Of a DNA stretch of 64,000 bases, positions 1 through 9,532 are shown piece after piece. Under the pieces are notes generated by a model. It worked only from the letters and a program-made list of their open reading frames with translations, ran no database searches and was not told the DNA's origin. The DNA is taken from IMG/VR virus record IMGVR_UViG_3300001336_000010, positions 11,286 through 75,285 of that record; one strand, given 5' to 3'. Numbering within the stretch: the first letter of the stretch is position 1; each line of letters opens with the position of its first letter. Position numbers and translations under genes: made by a program. Source of the stretch: a virus.

Positions 1-754
1 CGCTGCACAGGTTCGAGCCCTTGATGATCATGCCTTTGTCGAGATAGACGTCTGGGGCCAGGCGGTTCACCGTGTCGTGGAAAACGATGTAGGGGAAGCC
101 TGTCTCGTAACGCTTCTTGTGAACCCTGGCCCAGATCTGGCGCTTCTTGGGGTCACCGGCTTCCATTTCTTCCAACCACTGGTCCGTGACCGTGATGCCG
201 AGGGACAGCTGTTGGATCAGCGAACCCTCCTCACGACACCCGAGGAATTCCTCGATATCGGGGTGTTCGATCGGCAAATACGCGGCGAAGTTCCCCCGAC
301 GCACGTTCCCCTGGCTGATCACGTCGATCTGGGTTTCGAACAAGCGCATGAAATGCACAGGGCCATCGGCGTGACCACCCGTATTGATCTCTGACCCCCG
401 TGGGCGTAGATCCCCGAAGAAGCCCGATGTGCCAGCTCCGTTCTTGGTCATCATGCCGACCTCGCCGAGCTTGGTCATCATGCCGGCGATGTCGTCAGGA
501 ATGTAGCTGTTGTTGCAGGAGATCGGCAGGCTGTAGCGGCCGAAGTTGGACATGACCGGGCTGGCCACGCTGTACCAGCCACGGCTGGCATAATCGTAGA
601 ACTTCCGGGCGAAGCCGGGGCTTTCCAGGATCAGTTCAGCGGTCTGGGCCATTTCCCAGAAACGCTGTTCGGTTGTCTGGCCTTCAGCCAGATAGCCCCG
701 CGCCTGGAACTGGCGGGAGGCGGGGTTGGCCCATGAGAAGGGGATGCGTGTCAA
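1..754 (-). CDS. nrdA: Ribonucleotide reductase class I alpha subunit, N-terminal part (runs off window)
   Basis: Manual translation from TTG at 754 (TTGA overlap with nrdB stop): SPVMSNFG, LPISC, SQGNVRRG, HPDIEEFL, TGFPYI, ending GSNLCS at the window edge. Confidence 0.93.
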   Translation of the reverse strand, partial: MTRIPFSWANPASRQFQARGYLAEGQTTEQRFWEMAQTAELILESPGFARKFYDYASRGWYSVASPVMSNFGRYSLPISCNNSYIPDDIAGMMTKLGEVGMMTKNGAGTSGFFGDLRPRGSEINTGGHADGPVHFMRLFETQIDVISQGNVRRGNFAAYLPIEHPDIEEFLGCREEGSLIQQLSLGITVTDQWLEEMEAGDPKKRQIWARVHKKRYETGFPYIVFHDTVNRLAPDVYLDKGMIIKGSNLCS

Positions 755-1734
755 AATAGGTCTCCTGCGTCAAACGACTGCGTCCCTTTTCCGTATTCGA
801 CGGGACGTTTCTGGAAGAAATCGGTGGTCGTGGTGCCGAGAGACTCCTCGTCCATCCACCGGGTGAGGGTCAGCATCTCCTTGCTGACCGGGAGAACCGG
901 GGCGAACCCGATTGCGTCCAAGGACGTGTTGATGCGATCGGCGATGTAATTCTTGAGGACTTCGGGGGAGATCCCGGGCTCGGCATGAGCGTAGTCTCCC
1001 AGGATCCATTCAATCACCTGGCCCTCGGCCAGAAAGGCTTCGAATGCCTCGCTGCGAACGCGCTCTTCCAGTTCGGCGTCGAACAGGTCGGGGTATTCTT
1101 CCCGCAGGGTGTTGATGATCTTGATGCCCACTTGGGCGTGGAGCTGTTCTTCGTTCCGGGTGTATTCGACCTGCTGGGCCGTATCCTTGAGGACGTTGTG
1201 GAACCGGTTGAAGTGCATCACGATGAGAAACTGGCTGAACAGCGAGACGTTCTCGACGAAGAGGGTGAAGAGAGCAATCGCGTAGATGTATTGCTTGCGG
1301 TCGTCTTCGTAGGTCCGGTTGAGATACTTTCGCAGATACTTGACCCGGCCTTCAACAACGGGCTCCTTCAGGTTGTCCTCGAAGACGCTCTGCAGGCCAA
1401 GGACGCTCAAAAGCTTCTCATAGGCCTGATTGTGGATGACCTCGTTCTGCGCCATGACAAAGCCAAGGTCCGTGAGGCCGGGGTGGGGGAGATTGTCGCC
1501 CAGATTGGCCCAGAATTTCTTGACCGCGATCTCGATCTGCCCGATGGCAGAGAGGGTGCGGACGATGACGCCTCGTTGTTCCGCGGTCAGTTCCCCATGA
1601 AACTGGGCATAATCGGACCGGAAGTTGAACTCGTTCGGCGTCCAGTGGCTCTGCCAGATTGCGTCGATGAAATCCTGGGTCCAAGGATACTTGTTCGGTT
1701 TTCGGGAAACCTGCTCAGTGAACAGCATGCGCAA
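751..1734 (-). CDS. nrdB: Ribonucleotide reductase class I beta subunit
   Basis: KYPW, W..NEFNF..D, EVIHNQAY, ENVSLFSQF, EEQLH di-metal ligands, TDFFQKRPVEY tail. Confidence 0.95.
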   Translation of the reverse strand: MRMLFTEQVSRKPNKYPWTQDFIDAIWQSHWTPNEFNFRSDYAQFHGELTAEQRGVIVRTLSAIGQIEIAVKKFWANLGDNLPHPGLTDLGFVMAQNEVIHNQAYEKLLSVLGLQSVFEDNLKEPVVEGRVKYLRKYLNRTYEDDRKQYIYAIALFTLFVENVSLFSQFLIVMHFNRFHNVLKDTAQQVEYTRNEEQLHAQVGIKIINTLREEYPDLFDAELEERVRSEAFEAFLAEGQVIEWILGDYAHAEPGISPEVLKNYIADRINTSLDAIGFAPVLPVSKEMLTLTRWMDEESLGTTTTDFFQKRPVEYGKGTQSFDAGDLF

Positions 1735-1742
1735 CTCCGGTT

Positions 1743-1779
1743 GAAATGAAAAGGTCCGGTGAGCAAGTCGCCGGACCTT
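1743..1779 (-). terminator. Terminator-like hairpin immediately upstream of nrdB
   Basis: AAGGTCCGG...CCGGACCTT stem followed by TTCATTTC on - strand. Confidence 0.5.
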
Positions 1780-1806
1780 CAGAACTACCAGATCGTTAAG
1801 TCAAAG

Positions 1807-2115
1807 TCATTCTTGACTTCGGGAAATGGGCTGGATTTTTTTAATCGTTTGCTGGGCCATATGGGCCGCTCGGGCCTCCATGTCGCCGGAGTCAACGTCC
1901 AAGGCCCACCAGATCTTATGGAGGTTCCTCTCGGCCAGAGCCAGTTTGGCTTCCAACACATCCAAGCTGTCGGCCATTCTCTCCATCATCGGAATGGTCC
2001 CCAGCCGGGGGGAGTGGCCCGCCCGGTCAAGCAGACGGATCTGCTTCTCGATCGCTTCTCGGCTGATGTCAGTGTCGAATTCTGAAAAGCGATCGATGTC
2101 CTCTTGCGTGATCAT
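1807..2115 (-). CDS. Hypothetical protein
   Basis: 102-aa ORF, ATGA overlap with upstream gene, co-oriented. Confidence 0.7.
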   Translation of the reverse strand: MITQEDIDRFSEFDTDISREAIEKQIRLLDRAGHSPRLGTIPMMERMADSLDVLEAKLALAERNLHKIWWALDVDSGDMEARAAHMAQQTIKKIQPISRSQE

Positions 2116-2651
2116 GTTCCGACAGCCTCCATCTCGGCGGCGACATCCCGGTTGACCGCTGCCTCGGTTGTGAACTTTTCAGGATACCGGGCAGACAGCT
2201 TGCCGATATTGGCCTGCTTGAGGTCGTCCAAGGTCCATCCCTCGTCTTCGGCCAGGATCTGGACAGCATATAGGACACTCCCGACATGCTGGCCAAACCG
2301 CGCTTCGTCGAGGTCCAGGCCATAGAACAAGCTGCGTTTGATGCAATCCAGACCCTCGCCTGCCGAGCCGAGCAATGCCCGGAAGGGGTCTTCCTCGACT
2401 AGCTCCCGGTTGCAGAGCAGGATCAGCTTCTCGATCTCGTCAAGCTCGAAGACCGAGGCCACGATCGCCACATACCAGAGGATATCGCCGAGCTCTTCCT
2501 TGACATTGGTCACATCCTCGTCGCTGAGCAGCAGCTCGGCGACCTCGGTCGACATCCCGACGGCCGCATGGAGAAGTCGGGGTGTGTCCACCTTGAAGAG
2601 GTCGATGCTTTCGGTGCGGGTGGCTTGGTCGATGTAGTCTTTCATGGTCAT
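2112..2651 (-). CDS. MazG-like nucleoside triphosphate pyrophosphohydrolase
   Basis: LLHAAVGMSTEVAE, KEELGDILWYVA and NIGKLSARYPEKF motifs; second degenerate MazG-like repeat. Confidence 0.85.
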   Translation of the reverse strand: MTMKDYIDQATRTESIDLFKVDTPRLLHAAVGMSTEVAELLLSDEDVTNVKEELGDILWYVAIVASVFELDEIEKLILLCNRELVEEDPFRALLGSAGEGLDCIKRSLFYGLDLDEARFGQHVGSVLYAVQILAEDEGWTLDDLKQANIGKLSARYPEKFTTEAAVNRDVAAEMEAVGT

Positions 2652-2995
2652 TCCTGTTCTGTAAGCTGGAGAAAGTCTTCGCTGGTCATCAGGCTCATCG
2701 GGCTGTCGGCGCCGTTGTACCAGGTGCAGCTGAAGGGTCGTGCCTCGTCGAGGGCCAGTTCGAGGCCGTAGGAGATACCCAGCGCCCCCATATATTCCTG
2801 AGAGATCGCGTGAGTTGGATCAAAGAACACCCCATAGGGGTCTGCCCTCTCGGCGGCGATGAACGCAACGGTGCCGTCGTAGCTGATCTGCAACTCTGAT
2901 CTGTCCCGGTCGAGAACTTCGAACAAGGCGGCAGGGTCTTTTGGGGGGTTGAGTACCGGGGCCATAAGGCCCCGGCTAAATACATCACCGCTCAT
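2648..2995 (-). CDS. Hypothetical protein
   Basis: 115-aa ORF overlapping both neighbours in the operon. Confidence 0.65.
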   Translation of the reverse strand: MSGDVFSRGLMAPVLNPPKDPAALFEVLDRDRSELQISYDGTVAFIAAERADPYGVFFDPTHAISQEYMGALGISYGLELALDEARPFSCTWYNGADSPMSLMTSEDFLQLTEQE

Positions 2996-3821
2996 GGGCA
3001 GCCTCCCCGGGGATCATCTTGCGGAACTGGCACCACCCATACAGGTTGCCATGCAGTTCTGGCTTGCCCCAGCGTTTGCGCGACCAGCGCTTGTCAGGTG
3101 TGGCCTGATGTTCTGTCGGGCTGGCATGTTTCGGGTCTCCTCCCATGAGACGATCGAACAGTGCCTTATCGGCCTCCAAAGTCGTGGAGACACCATCGTG
3201 GGTCAGATAGCTGACCCGGGCGCAGCGCGCGGCAGAGACCTTGCGGGCCGTCTCGAGGTCAAGGGAGGGGTCTGTGGCGTAGGGAAGATGCCACTCACCA
3301 GGTTCCAACGGGGTTGGCTCCGATGCCTCGAGCGCGTCCAATATGGCGAAGGCCAAGGCCTGGATCGTAGGGTCGGCGTCCTCGTGTGCCCGGAGAGCGA
3401 AGAAGTTTGCCCAGTCCGTGCCCGTGGCAACCACCTCGATATGGCTCCAGGGCTCGAGCATACGGTTCGCGACCTGCTTGTGCGCCCCGGCCCACTGCGA
3501 CACCCTGGCCCCCAGGATAGCGGCGCGCTTGACGCTGTGCCAGGCCAGACGCACCAGAACCCGGCGGATGCCGGTGAGCTCTGCTCCAGCTTGCATCCCC
3601 GGCTGGTTGGAGCCCCACGCGACGGGTTCGGCCGGATCGGCCAGGATGTTCTTGATCACCCGCTTGATCGGGACCGCCCGACTGGAGCCCGCGTTCCGGC
3701 TGGGCTTTCGATGCGTCATGAATTCAGAGTGGATAAGGCGGGGGTATTTGAGCTGGAAAGTGGTGAGCCGGATACCTTCCGGGCTCACACTGTCCAGAAT
3801 AACCTTGGCTTCGATGCTCAC
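2985..3821 (-). CDS. thyX: Flavin-dependent thymidylate synthase
   Basis: HSEFMTHRKPSRNAGSSRAVP motif, NFFALRAH, SAARCARVSY, HASPTEHQA typical of phage Thy1. Confidence 0.9.
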   Translation of the reverse strand: MSIEAKVILDSVSPEGIRLTTFQLKYPRLIHSEFMTHRKPSRNAGSSRAVPIKRVIKNILADPAEPVAWGSNQPGMQAGAELTGIRRVLVRLAWHSVKRAAILGARVSQWAGAHKQVANRMLEPWSHIEVVATGTDWANFFALRAHEDADPTIQALAFAILDALEASEPTPLEPGEWHLPYATDPSLDLETARKVSAARCARVSYLTHDGVSTTLEADKALFDRLMGGDPKHASPTEHQATPDKRWSRKRWGKPELHGNLYGWCQFRKMIPGEAAHER

Positions 3822-4051
3822 AGCTCAACCTCATTGAGCTGCGCGACCGCGCCGGCCAGGTGGTGGTCGATCAAGGTGGCGATAAGCGCCTCGTCCACGC
3901 CGGCCTGCTTGGCCTCCTGGTAGCAGTCCTTGTAGCAATGGATGAGATCCAATGCGGACTCGCGAATGATTGCCGTGAATTGTGCCGTCGCGTCGTTCAG
4001 TTCCCGGTGCAGAGTGCTCACGGGGTCTTCGGTTTGCATGATGGCTGTCAT
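3818..4051 (-). CDS. Hypothetical protein
   Basis: 77-aa ORF with 4-bp overlaps both sides. Confidence 0.65.
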   Translation of the reverse strand: MTAIMQTEDPVSTLHRELNDATAQFTAIIRESALDLIHCYKDCYQEAKQAGVDEALIATLIDHHLAGAVAQLNEVEL

Positions 4052-4605
4052 CTGGATCTTTCCTGTATGTAAGTGACTGCTTTTGCGTGAAGTTGTTCGA
4101 TGGAGCCGGTGTTGTAGAAGGTCTCACTCGCCTCCAACCGGTTCATTTCCATCTCAGAGATGTGGGGATCATTGCCCTCCAACCCTGGCCGGTGGACCCG
4201 GACTAGCTCACCACCCAGATCCTCGATCACACGATGCTCGTGTTCGAACCTGATGTCGGTGCAGATTACATCTACGCCTTTGATCAAGAGCTCCTCGGCT
4301 TTATGGCGGAAGATCTCCGACCAGATTAGGTGATCTGGGTCGATCATCCTCCCCCATTCGGTGCCAAGACTCTGCATCGCCAACCGCGGGGTCGCCCCAC
4401 GGAGGACTTCGCAAGGGGTCTGCTTCAGATCCCCATCGATCTTTCTCTGAATGATTTCCCCCTCCAGCCCTGCGGAGCGATACATCGACCAAAGCATACC
4501 CTTCAGAGGGTCGGCCATTTTCAGGACGAGGAACCCCCTCTGGATGAAAGGGTGCGAGAAGGTATCCTTCCCGCTGCCCTTGTTTCCTATCACACCAACC
4601 AGCAT
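4048..4605 (-). CDS. Deoxynucleoside monophosphate kinase
   Basis: GNKGSGKDT P-loop, ADPLK, TPRLAMQSLGTEWGR, TDIRFEHE, HISE; start at TGATG overlap at 4605. Confidence 0.88.
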   Translation of the reverse strand: MLVGVIGNKGSGKDTFSHPFIQRGFLVLKMADPLKGMLWSMYRSAGLEGEIIQRKIDGDLKQTPCEVLRGATPRLAMQSLGTEWGRMIDPDHLIWSEIFRHKAEELLIKGVDVICTDIRFEHEHRVIEDLGGELVRVHRPGLEGNDPHISEMEMNRLEASETFYNTGSIEQLHAKAVTYIQERSR

Positions 4606-4943
4606 CAGTAGAACCAGGGTGTGCGGCGGATTGGTTGCCGGGTGGAGGGGACGGCATACTGGATGATCCATTCACCATCCCGCCCCTGACACATGGTGAC
4701 GCGGCCACGGTCATGATCGCGCTTGGCGTCGATCAAGGTCTGGGCATCCTCCACCGGCCAGTGGGGTGCTGTGGCACGGCGGCGGGAGATGATATGCCGT
4801 TGGAGAGATGGCCGGCCCCACCCTGGGAGATGATCCCCCCGCTCCATCATCGTGGCCCGGATGTCTGACAGCTTGCAGCCTGTCATCCGCTGGACCTCAT
4901 ATGGGTTCCGTGTCTTCTCGAGGGCGTCCGGTATTTTCTTCAT
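4605..4943 (-). CDS. Hypothetical protein
   Basis: 112-aa ORF with coupled start/stop overlaps. Confidence 0.7.
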   Translation of the reverse strand: MKKIPDALEKTRNPYEVQRMTGCKLSDIRATMMERGDHLPGWGRPSLQRHIISRRRATAPHWPVEDAQTLIDAKRDHDRGRVTMCQGRDGEWIIQYAVPSTRQPIRRTPWFY

Positions 4944-6700
4944 TTTTTCAGCTCGATCGTGTTTTGGGTTTCGGGGCGCTTGTGAGTGACCAGGATCACC
5001 TGTGAGACCTGATCGGTGAGGCGTTGCAGTGCGTCGGCGGTGTAGGCCGCGCGGTCGTCGTCCATGGCTGCATCGACCTCATCGGCCATGAACAATGAGA
5101 AGACCCGGTTGGTTAGGATCTGACCGAGGGCGATGCGGATGGCCAGGTTGGCCACGGCCTTGCCGCTCCCGGAGAGCGTGTTGATCCGCTGCTGGTCGAT
5201 CAGGATCTCGAAATCTTCGTCGACCTCGACCTCGTAGCGTTCACCGCCGGTCATGCGCGACAGCAGCATTGAGGCCACCTTGTTTAGCGACGGGAGAAGA
5301 TGCGTCTTCACGCTGACCTTCAGCGCCTGGATGATCTCGCGGGCCTTCAGGAACTCGCCCGACTTCTTCTCAAGGGCCTCGACCTCGGCTGTTTTCTCGT
5401 TGAACACCTCGAGGTCACGCTCGTAGCGCTTCTGGTCACGCTCGTAGATCTGGGCCATCTGAAGCTCTGTCTCCAGTGCGGCCAACTCCTGGTCCACACC
5501 CTCGAGCTCGGCGAAGCGCGCCTTCTTCTCTTCGAGGCCAGTGTTGTATTCGTTCCAGGCCTTCAACTGGCGCTGGTAGGTGTCCAGCTTGCCTTCGTAG
5601 TCCAGGACCAGAGACAGTTCTTCGGAGCGATCCGGCATGTCGGCCAGGGTCGTCTCCATCGTCTCGATCCGCTCCTGCAGGTCGAGGATCTGGTCCGCGT
5701 TGCCCAGACGAGCCCGATGCTGATCCACCTGGCGACGGCTCATGTCCGGGCGCTCGGCCGGCTCGACGTCTGCCAACTCGCCAAGGTCGGCAACTGGCCA
5801 CTCGTGCTGGCACTCGGGGCAGCAGATGTGACCTTGGGCCAGCAGGCGCTTCTTCTGGTCCCAACGGTCGGCGGCGTCGTGCTGGCTCTCGATCCCGTCC
5901 AGATCGGCTGCGGCCCATTCCTCGGGCTCGATGCCCTCGACCTTGCGGGTCAGGTTCTGGACCGACTGGATCAGGTTGTCCCGGGCCACACGGTAGTCCT
6001 TCAGCTCTTTCGAGCTGGCCTCGGACGGGCTGTCACCGGGGGCGACCGGCTCCCGCGGCGTGTGGGACAGGAACCCTTTCAGCTGGTTGAACTCGGCGAG
6101 GTCGGTGCGCAGCGACTGCACGTCGATCTCTGAAGAGGGACGGTAGCCCTCGGGCTTGACCGGCACGGACGGCTCGATCAGGCCGGAGGCCAGTGCAGCC
6201 GCCTCCCGCTTGAGTGCGTTGCCTTCGCTGCCGCAGTGCTTGATCAGATCGTCCAGCACGTTGAGGCCTACCGTCTGGTCCACCATGGCCTTGCGGTTGG
6301 CCGGGGTCATCTCGGACAGGGCTTCGATGTTGCCCTGGTTGCAGGCGTTGGCCACGTCGAACACGTTCAGGTCGTAGCCCAGCACCCGGCGGATGGCCTC
6401 GTCGACCGGCTTGGTGCCAGCCACGTTCAGGGTGTCGCCGGTCAGCGTGACCTTGGCGCCCTTGCGGACCACGGAGTAGTCCTCGCCGGCCACGATGAAG
6501 TCCAGCTCGACATGGAGCTTCTTGTAGTCCTCACCCTTGCCCCGTAGGGCCTTCGAGCCGAACAGCGCGTAGCGGATCATCTCGACGATCAACGACTTGC
6601 CGCTCTCGTTGGGGCCGATGACCCCGGTCAGGCCGGTCTCGAACGTGAACGTCCGGTCCTGATGGGTGAAGCAGTTGTCGAGGTATAAACGGGTGATCAT
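4940..6700 (-). CDS. SbcC/Rad50-like ABC ATPase (recombination nuclease subunit)
   Basis: GPNESGKS Walker A, coiled coil with central CPEC zinc hook, LSGSG signature, ADEVD Walker B, VTH. Confidence 0.9.
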   Translation of the reverse strand: MITRLYLDNCFTHQDRTFTFETGLTGVIGPNESGKSLIVEMIRYALFGSKALRGKGEDYKKLHVELDFIVAGEDYSVVRKGAKVTLTGDTLNVAGTKPVDEAIRRVLGYDLNVFDVANACNQGNIEALSEMTPANRKAMVDQTVGLNVLDDLIKHCGSEGNALKREAAALASGLIEPSVPVKPEGYRPSSEIDVQSLRTDLAEFNQLKGFLSHTPREPVAPGDSPSEASSKELKDYRVARDNLIQSVQNLTRKVEGIEPEEWAAADLDGIESQHDAADRWDQKKRLLAQGHICCPECQHEWPVADLGELADVEPAERPDMSRRQVDQHRARLGNADQILDLQERIETMETTLADMPDRSEELSLVLDYEGKLDTYQRQLKAWNEYNTGLEEKKARFAELEGVDQELAALETELQMAQIYERDQKRYERDLEVFNEKTAEVEALEKKSGEFLKAREIIQALKVSVKTHLLPSLNKVASMLLSRMTGGERYEVEVDEDFEILIDQQRINTLSGSGKAVANLAIRIALGQILTNRVFSLFMADEVDAAMDDDRAAYTADALQRLTDQVSQVILVTHKRPETQNTIELKK

Positions 6701-7599
6701 TGCTCAAAAAACTCCATCAGTTCGTCCTTGATCGACAGCCCGTCCAAGGCCGAAGCCAGGAGCTGGTTAATGTCGAGGCTTTCGAATTCCGAGGTGTCCA
6801 CAACCACGTCCTCCCTGGCCTCACGCTTCGCAGTGAGCGACAGGCAGTCCAGATCATGGGGCAGGGTCTCGCCTTCCTTCAGCAGGACACGGACATTCAG
6901 GTTGGTGACGTCTTGCTCAATCGGCAGGCCAGTCGTCACATAGAGACGGCCGTCGGGATCCTCGGCATGGGTGTAGGGCTGCATCGAACCCGTCACGATG
7001 ATCTTGACCCCATGGCGCTTCTCTTCGCGGGCCAGGTGGTCATGGCCAGAGATAGCCAGGGTGATGCCTTTCTTGGCCAGGAGCGCCGTGGGGATCACGT
7101 TGTGACCACCCCAATCCTGAATATCCCAGTGGCCGAAAACCGCGTCGAGCCCGTCTGGTAGCTCGGCCACCAGCTCTTCAGTCGGCAGGAAAGGGTGGTA
7201 GGGAACGAACCCAAAATTGCCGAAGACCACTGGTACGTCCTGGACGACAAGGATATTGTCCTGTGCCTCGACCAGTGCGGTGAAGAGATCGAAGCTGGAC
7301 GACTTGCTGCAGTCCTTGGCCCGGTCGTGGTTGCCTTCCAGGATCACGAAGGTTGTGTTCGGGTTTTTGTTCGCCGCTCCGATGTAAAGCTCGGCCGCTT
7401 TCAGAACGACCTCGGGCGGAACCACGAACTTGTCAAACAGATCGCCCATGTTGACGTGATAGTCCGTATCGACGCTGTTGAGCCCGGTCTCGAACTCTTT
7501 CCAGACCATCGCCTCGCGATCGCCAACCCGGTGGAGGGGCACCCCCGTCTTGAAAACGCGACCCAGATGCGGGTCGCCCATGGTCGTGTAACTCTTCAT
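6697..7599 (-). CDS. SbcD/Mre11-like metallophosphoesterase nuclease
   Basis: GDPHLG, GDLFD, GNHD, GH, SGHDH motifs; adjacent to SbcC-like gene. Confidence 0.9.
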   Translation of the reverse strand: MKSYTTMGDPHLGRVFKTGVPLHRVGDREAMVWKEFETGLNSVDTDYHVNMGDLFDKFVVPPEVVLKAAELYIGAANKNPNTTFVILEGNHDRAKDCSKSSSFDLFTALVEAQDNILVVQDVPVVFGNFGFVPYHPFLPTEELVAELPDGLDAVFGHWDIQDWGGHNVIPTALLAKKGITLAISGHDHLAREEKRHGVKIIVTGSMQPYTHAEDPDGRLYVTTGLPIEQDVTNLNVRVLLKEGETLPHDLDCLSLTAKREAREDVVVDTSEFESLDINQLLASALDGLSIKDELMEFFEQ

Positions 7600-8129
7600 T
7601 TGGACGCCTCCTTGTTATCAAGGGCGGTGAACAGGGTGACGATCTGATGCAGAACGTCGTGGAGGGCGTTGTGGGCATCCCCTGAGAAGGGCAGTTCCCG
7701 GTCCAGGTTCGGCTGGCCAAGGGCCCAGGTGATGCTGCGCAAATCCTTGCAGTCCCAGTAGGCGAAGGGTTTGGCTATGCCATATTCGGCGAAGTAGCTC
7801 TCCAGGAACGGATACTCGAACGAGATCGGCTTCGCCCAGAGCGTGACGTTCGTACCACACCAGGCTCCGAATTCCTGGATCACAGTGCGAGGGTCACGCA
7901 TGCGGCGCCAGATGCCTTCGAGGATGTGTTCGTCCTGAGTGGCCCACCAGTCGCGGGTCTCTTCCTGCCAGTAACGATTGGCTGGTACACCCAGGCACTG
8001 GTTGAACATGTTCATGTCGAGAGACCGGGTCTCCAGATCGAACTTTACGGCAGCAATCTGGATGATCGCTGTGTGGTTCGGGTTCGTCCCGGTGGTTTCG
8101 ATGTCGACCATGATGTTGCTATATGTCAT
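7596..8129 (-). CDS. DEDDh 3'-5' exonuclease
   Basis: MVDIETTG and HNALHD motifs. Confidence 0.85.
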   Translation of the reverse strand: MTYSNIMVDIETTGTNPNHTAIIQIAAVKFDLETRSLDMNMFNQCLGVPANRYWQEETRDWWATQDEHILEGIWRRMRDPRTVIQEFGAWCGTNVTLWAKPISFEYPFLESYFAEYGIAKPFAYWDCKDLRSITWALGQPNLDRELPFSGDAHNALHDVLHQIVTLFTALDNKEASK

Positions 8130-8535
8130 ACTTGAATTCTTCCAGTTCTTGCCAGGTCATGGACTTCTTTGACCTTAGGGTGGTGTGGACAACTGGGGCG
8201 GGGATGCAGAACCATTGGTCCAACTCTTCTGCTCTGACGAAGAAGAAGTAGATGCCTCCAGCAGCGACGGTGCGGCGCGAGGCAGCGATCTGCCCCTTGC
8301 GCAAGTTCTTGAAATGAAAGTGTTTTGGATCGATGGTGGATTTCACTTCAGCGAAAAACCACTCCCCAGAAACCACACAGATGTAATCCGCGGGTTGGGC
8401 GGCAACGAAAGCCCTAGCGCCTCCGGTAGCCTTGGCTGCGGCCGTGTCCGTAAGACGGAACACGGCCGCATCCTTGCCATACTGCTCGAAGTGAGCTTCG
8501 AATGCCTGTTCGGCTTTTTTCCACTTTGCTCTCAT
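8119..8535 (-). CDS. RecU-like Holliday junction resolvase (PD-(D/E)XK)
   Basis: QPADY...FAEVKS...NLRKGQ pattern; recombination gene context. Confidence 0.75.
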   Translation of the reverse strand: MRAKWKKAEQAFEAHFEQYGKDAAVFRLTDTAAAKATGGARAFVAAQPADYICVVSGEWFFAEVKSTIDPKHFHFKNLRKGQIAASRRTVAAGGIYFFFVRAEELDQWFCIPAPVVHTTLRSKKSMTWQELEEFKYDI

Positions 8536-8727
8536 GAAGTCGTTCTATATCACGACTTCAGTCGTGACTAGTTTCGACTTCTGGAAATCAGGATATCGAT
8601 GGTCGGCTGATCCTCAACCGTGGTTACGACTTGGACACCTTCGATATGCCTGAGGGGCAGACAAGCGTCCTTGTAGGTCAAGGAGCCTTCGCAGTGGCAC
8701 TCCTGGATAAAATCCGCCTGTTGTTGC

Positions 8728-8754
8728 AAAGAAAGGAGGATCCGAAGATCCTCC
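8728..8754 (-). terminator. Rho-independent terminator
   Basis: GGAGGATC-TTCG-GATCCTCC then TTTCTTT on - strand (cUUCGg loop). Confidence 0.75.
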
Positions 8755-8816
8755 CTACGTTCTCCCGCAAACTGCGTTTGCGGGAGTGGAAATCGCGAGG
8801 ATCATGAAGGCCGCGA

Positions 8817-9059
8817 TCATGAGGAACCCACCAACGAGCTCAGATTGGACGCAACAGCCTTGGCCTTGCGGCCCTCGGCCTTTGCCAGATTGCACCGCTT
8901 CTGGCACTGCTCTGCGGCTTCGGCCTCACGCTTGGCCCGCTCTTCCTCGGCCGCGGCCAGCGTCTCGAGCTGGTCGATGGTCTTCTGGAAGGAACCAACG
9001 ATCTGTTCCACCGACGGCTTCGGGAAAAGGCGGTTCCAGAGATATTGAAACACGTTCAT
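8817..9059 (-). CDS. Hypothetical coiled-coil protein
   Basis: 80-aa ORF, TGATG overlap with gapR-like gene. Confidence 0.7.
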   Translation of the reverse strand: MNVFQYLWNRLFPKPSVEQIVGSFQKTIDQLETLAAAEEERAKREAEAAEQCQKRCNLAKAEGRKAKAVASNLSSLVGSS

Positions 9060-9316
9060 CAGTTCATCCCCAGTGCTTGGCGATACATTTCTTCGACCGC
9101 TTCTTCTTCGGCGATGTCGTCGGCTTCACGCTTGCGCAGGGCGATGATCTTGCGCATCACCTTGGTGTCGTATCCACGCCCCTTGGCCTCGGCCATGACC
9201 TCTTTCTGCTGGTCGGCGATGTCCTTCTTTTCAGCCTCGAGCCGCTCATAGCGCTCGATGAACTGGCGCAGCTCGTCGGCGGTCACGCGGTAGCTGTTGT
9301 AATCGTGATCGGTCAT
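9059..9316 (-). CDS. gapR: GapR/DUF2312 (UPF0335) nucleoid-associated protein homologue
   Basis: ADELRQFIERYERLEAEKKDIADQQKEVMAEAKGRGYDTKVMRKIIALRK is the DUF2312 consensus. Confidence 0.93.
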   Translation of the reverse strand: MTDHDYNSYRVTADELRQFIERYERLEAEKKDIADQQKEVMAEAKGRGYDTKVMRKIIALRKREADDIAEEEAVEEMYRQALGMN

Positions 9317-9532
9317 TTATGTCTCCCCTTGACACTCTTGGCATTCAGAAAAATCGTCGACCTCGTGGGGCTGAACCCACCACCCACAGCTCGAACACTC
9401 GATCGCGGCTTCGTCGAAGCCGCGGAGAAAATCTCCGGTTTCGTCGAAGAAATCATCCGGGAGCATTTCACATGATCCGAGAATCTTCTCACCGACCGCA
9501 CGTCCCCGTTCAAAATCAGCCTGGTCGGTCAT
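9317..9532 (-). CDS. Small acidic zinc-ribbon protein
   Basis: CSSC...CQEC pairs in 71 aa. Confidence 0.65.
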   Translation of the reverse strand: MTDQADFERGRAVGEKILGSCEMLPDDFFDETGDFLRGFDEAAIECSSCGWWVQPHEVDDFSECQECQGET

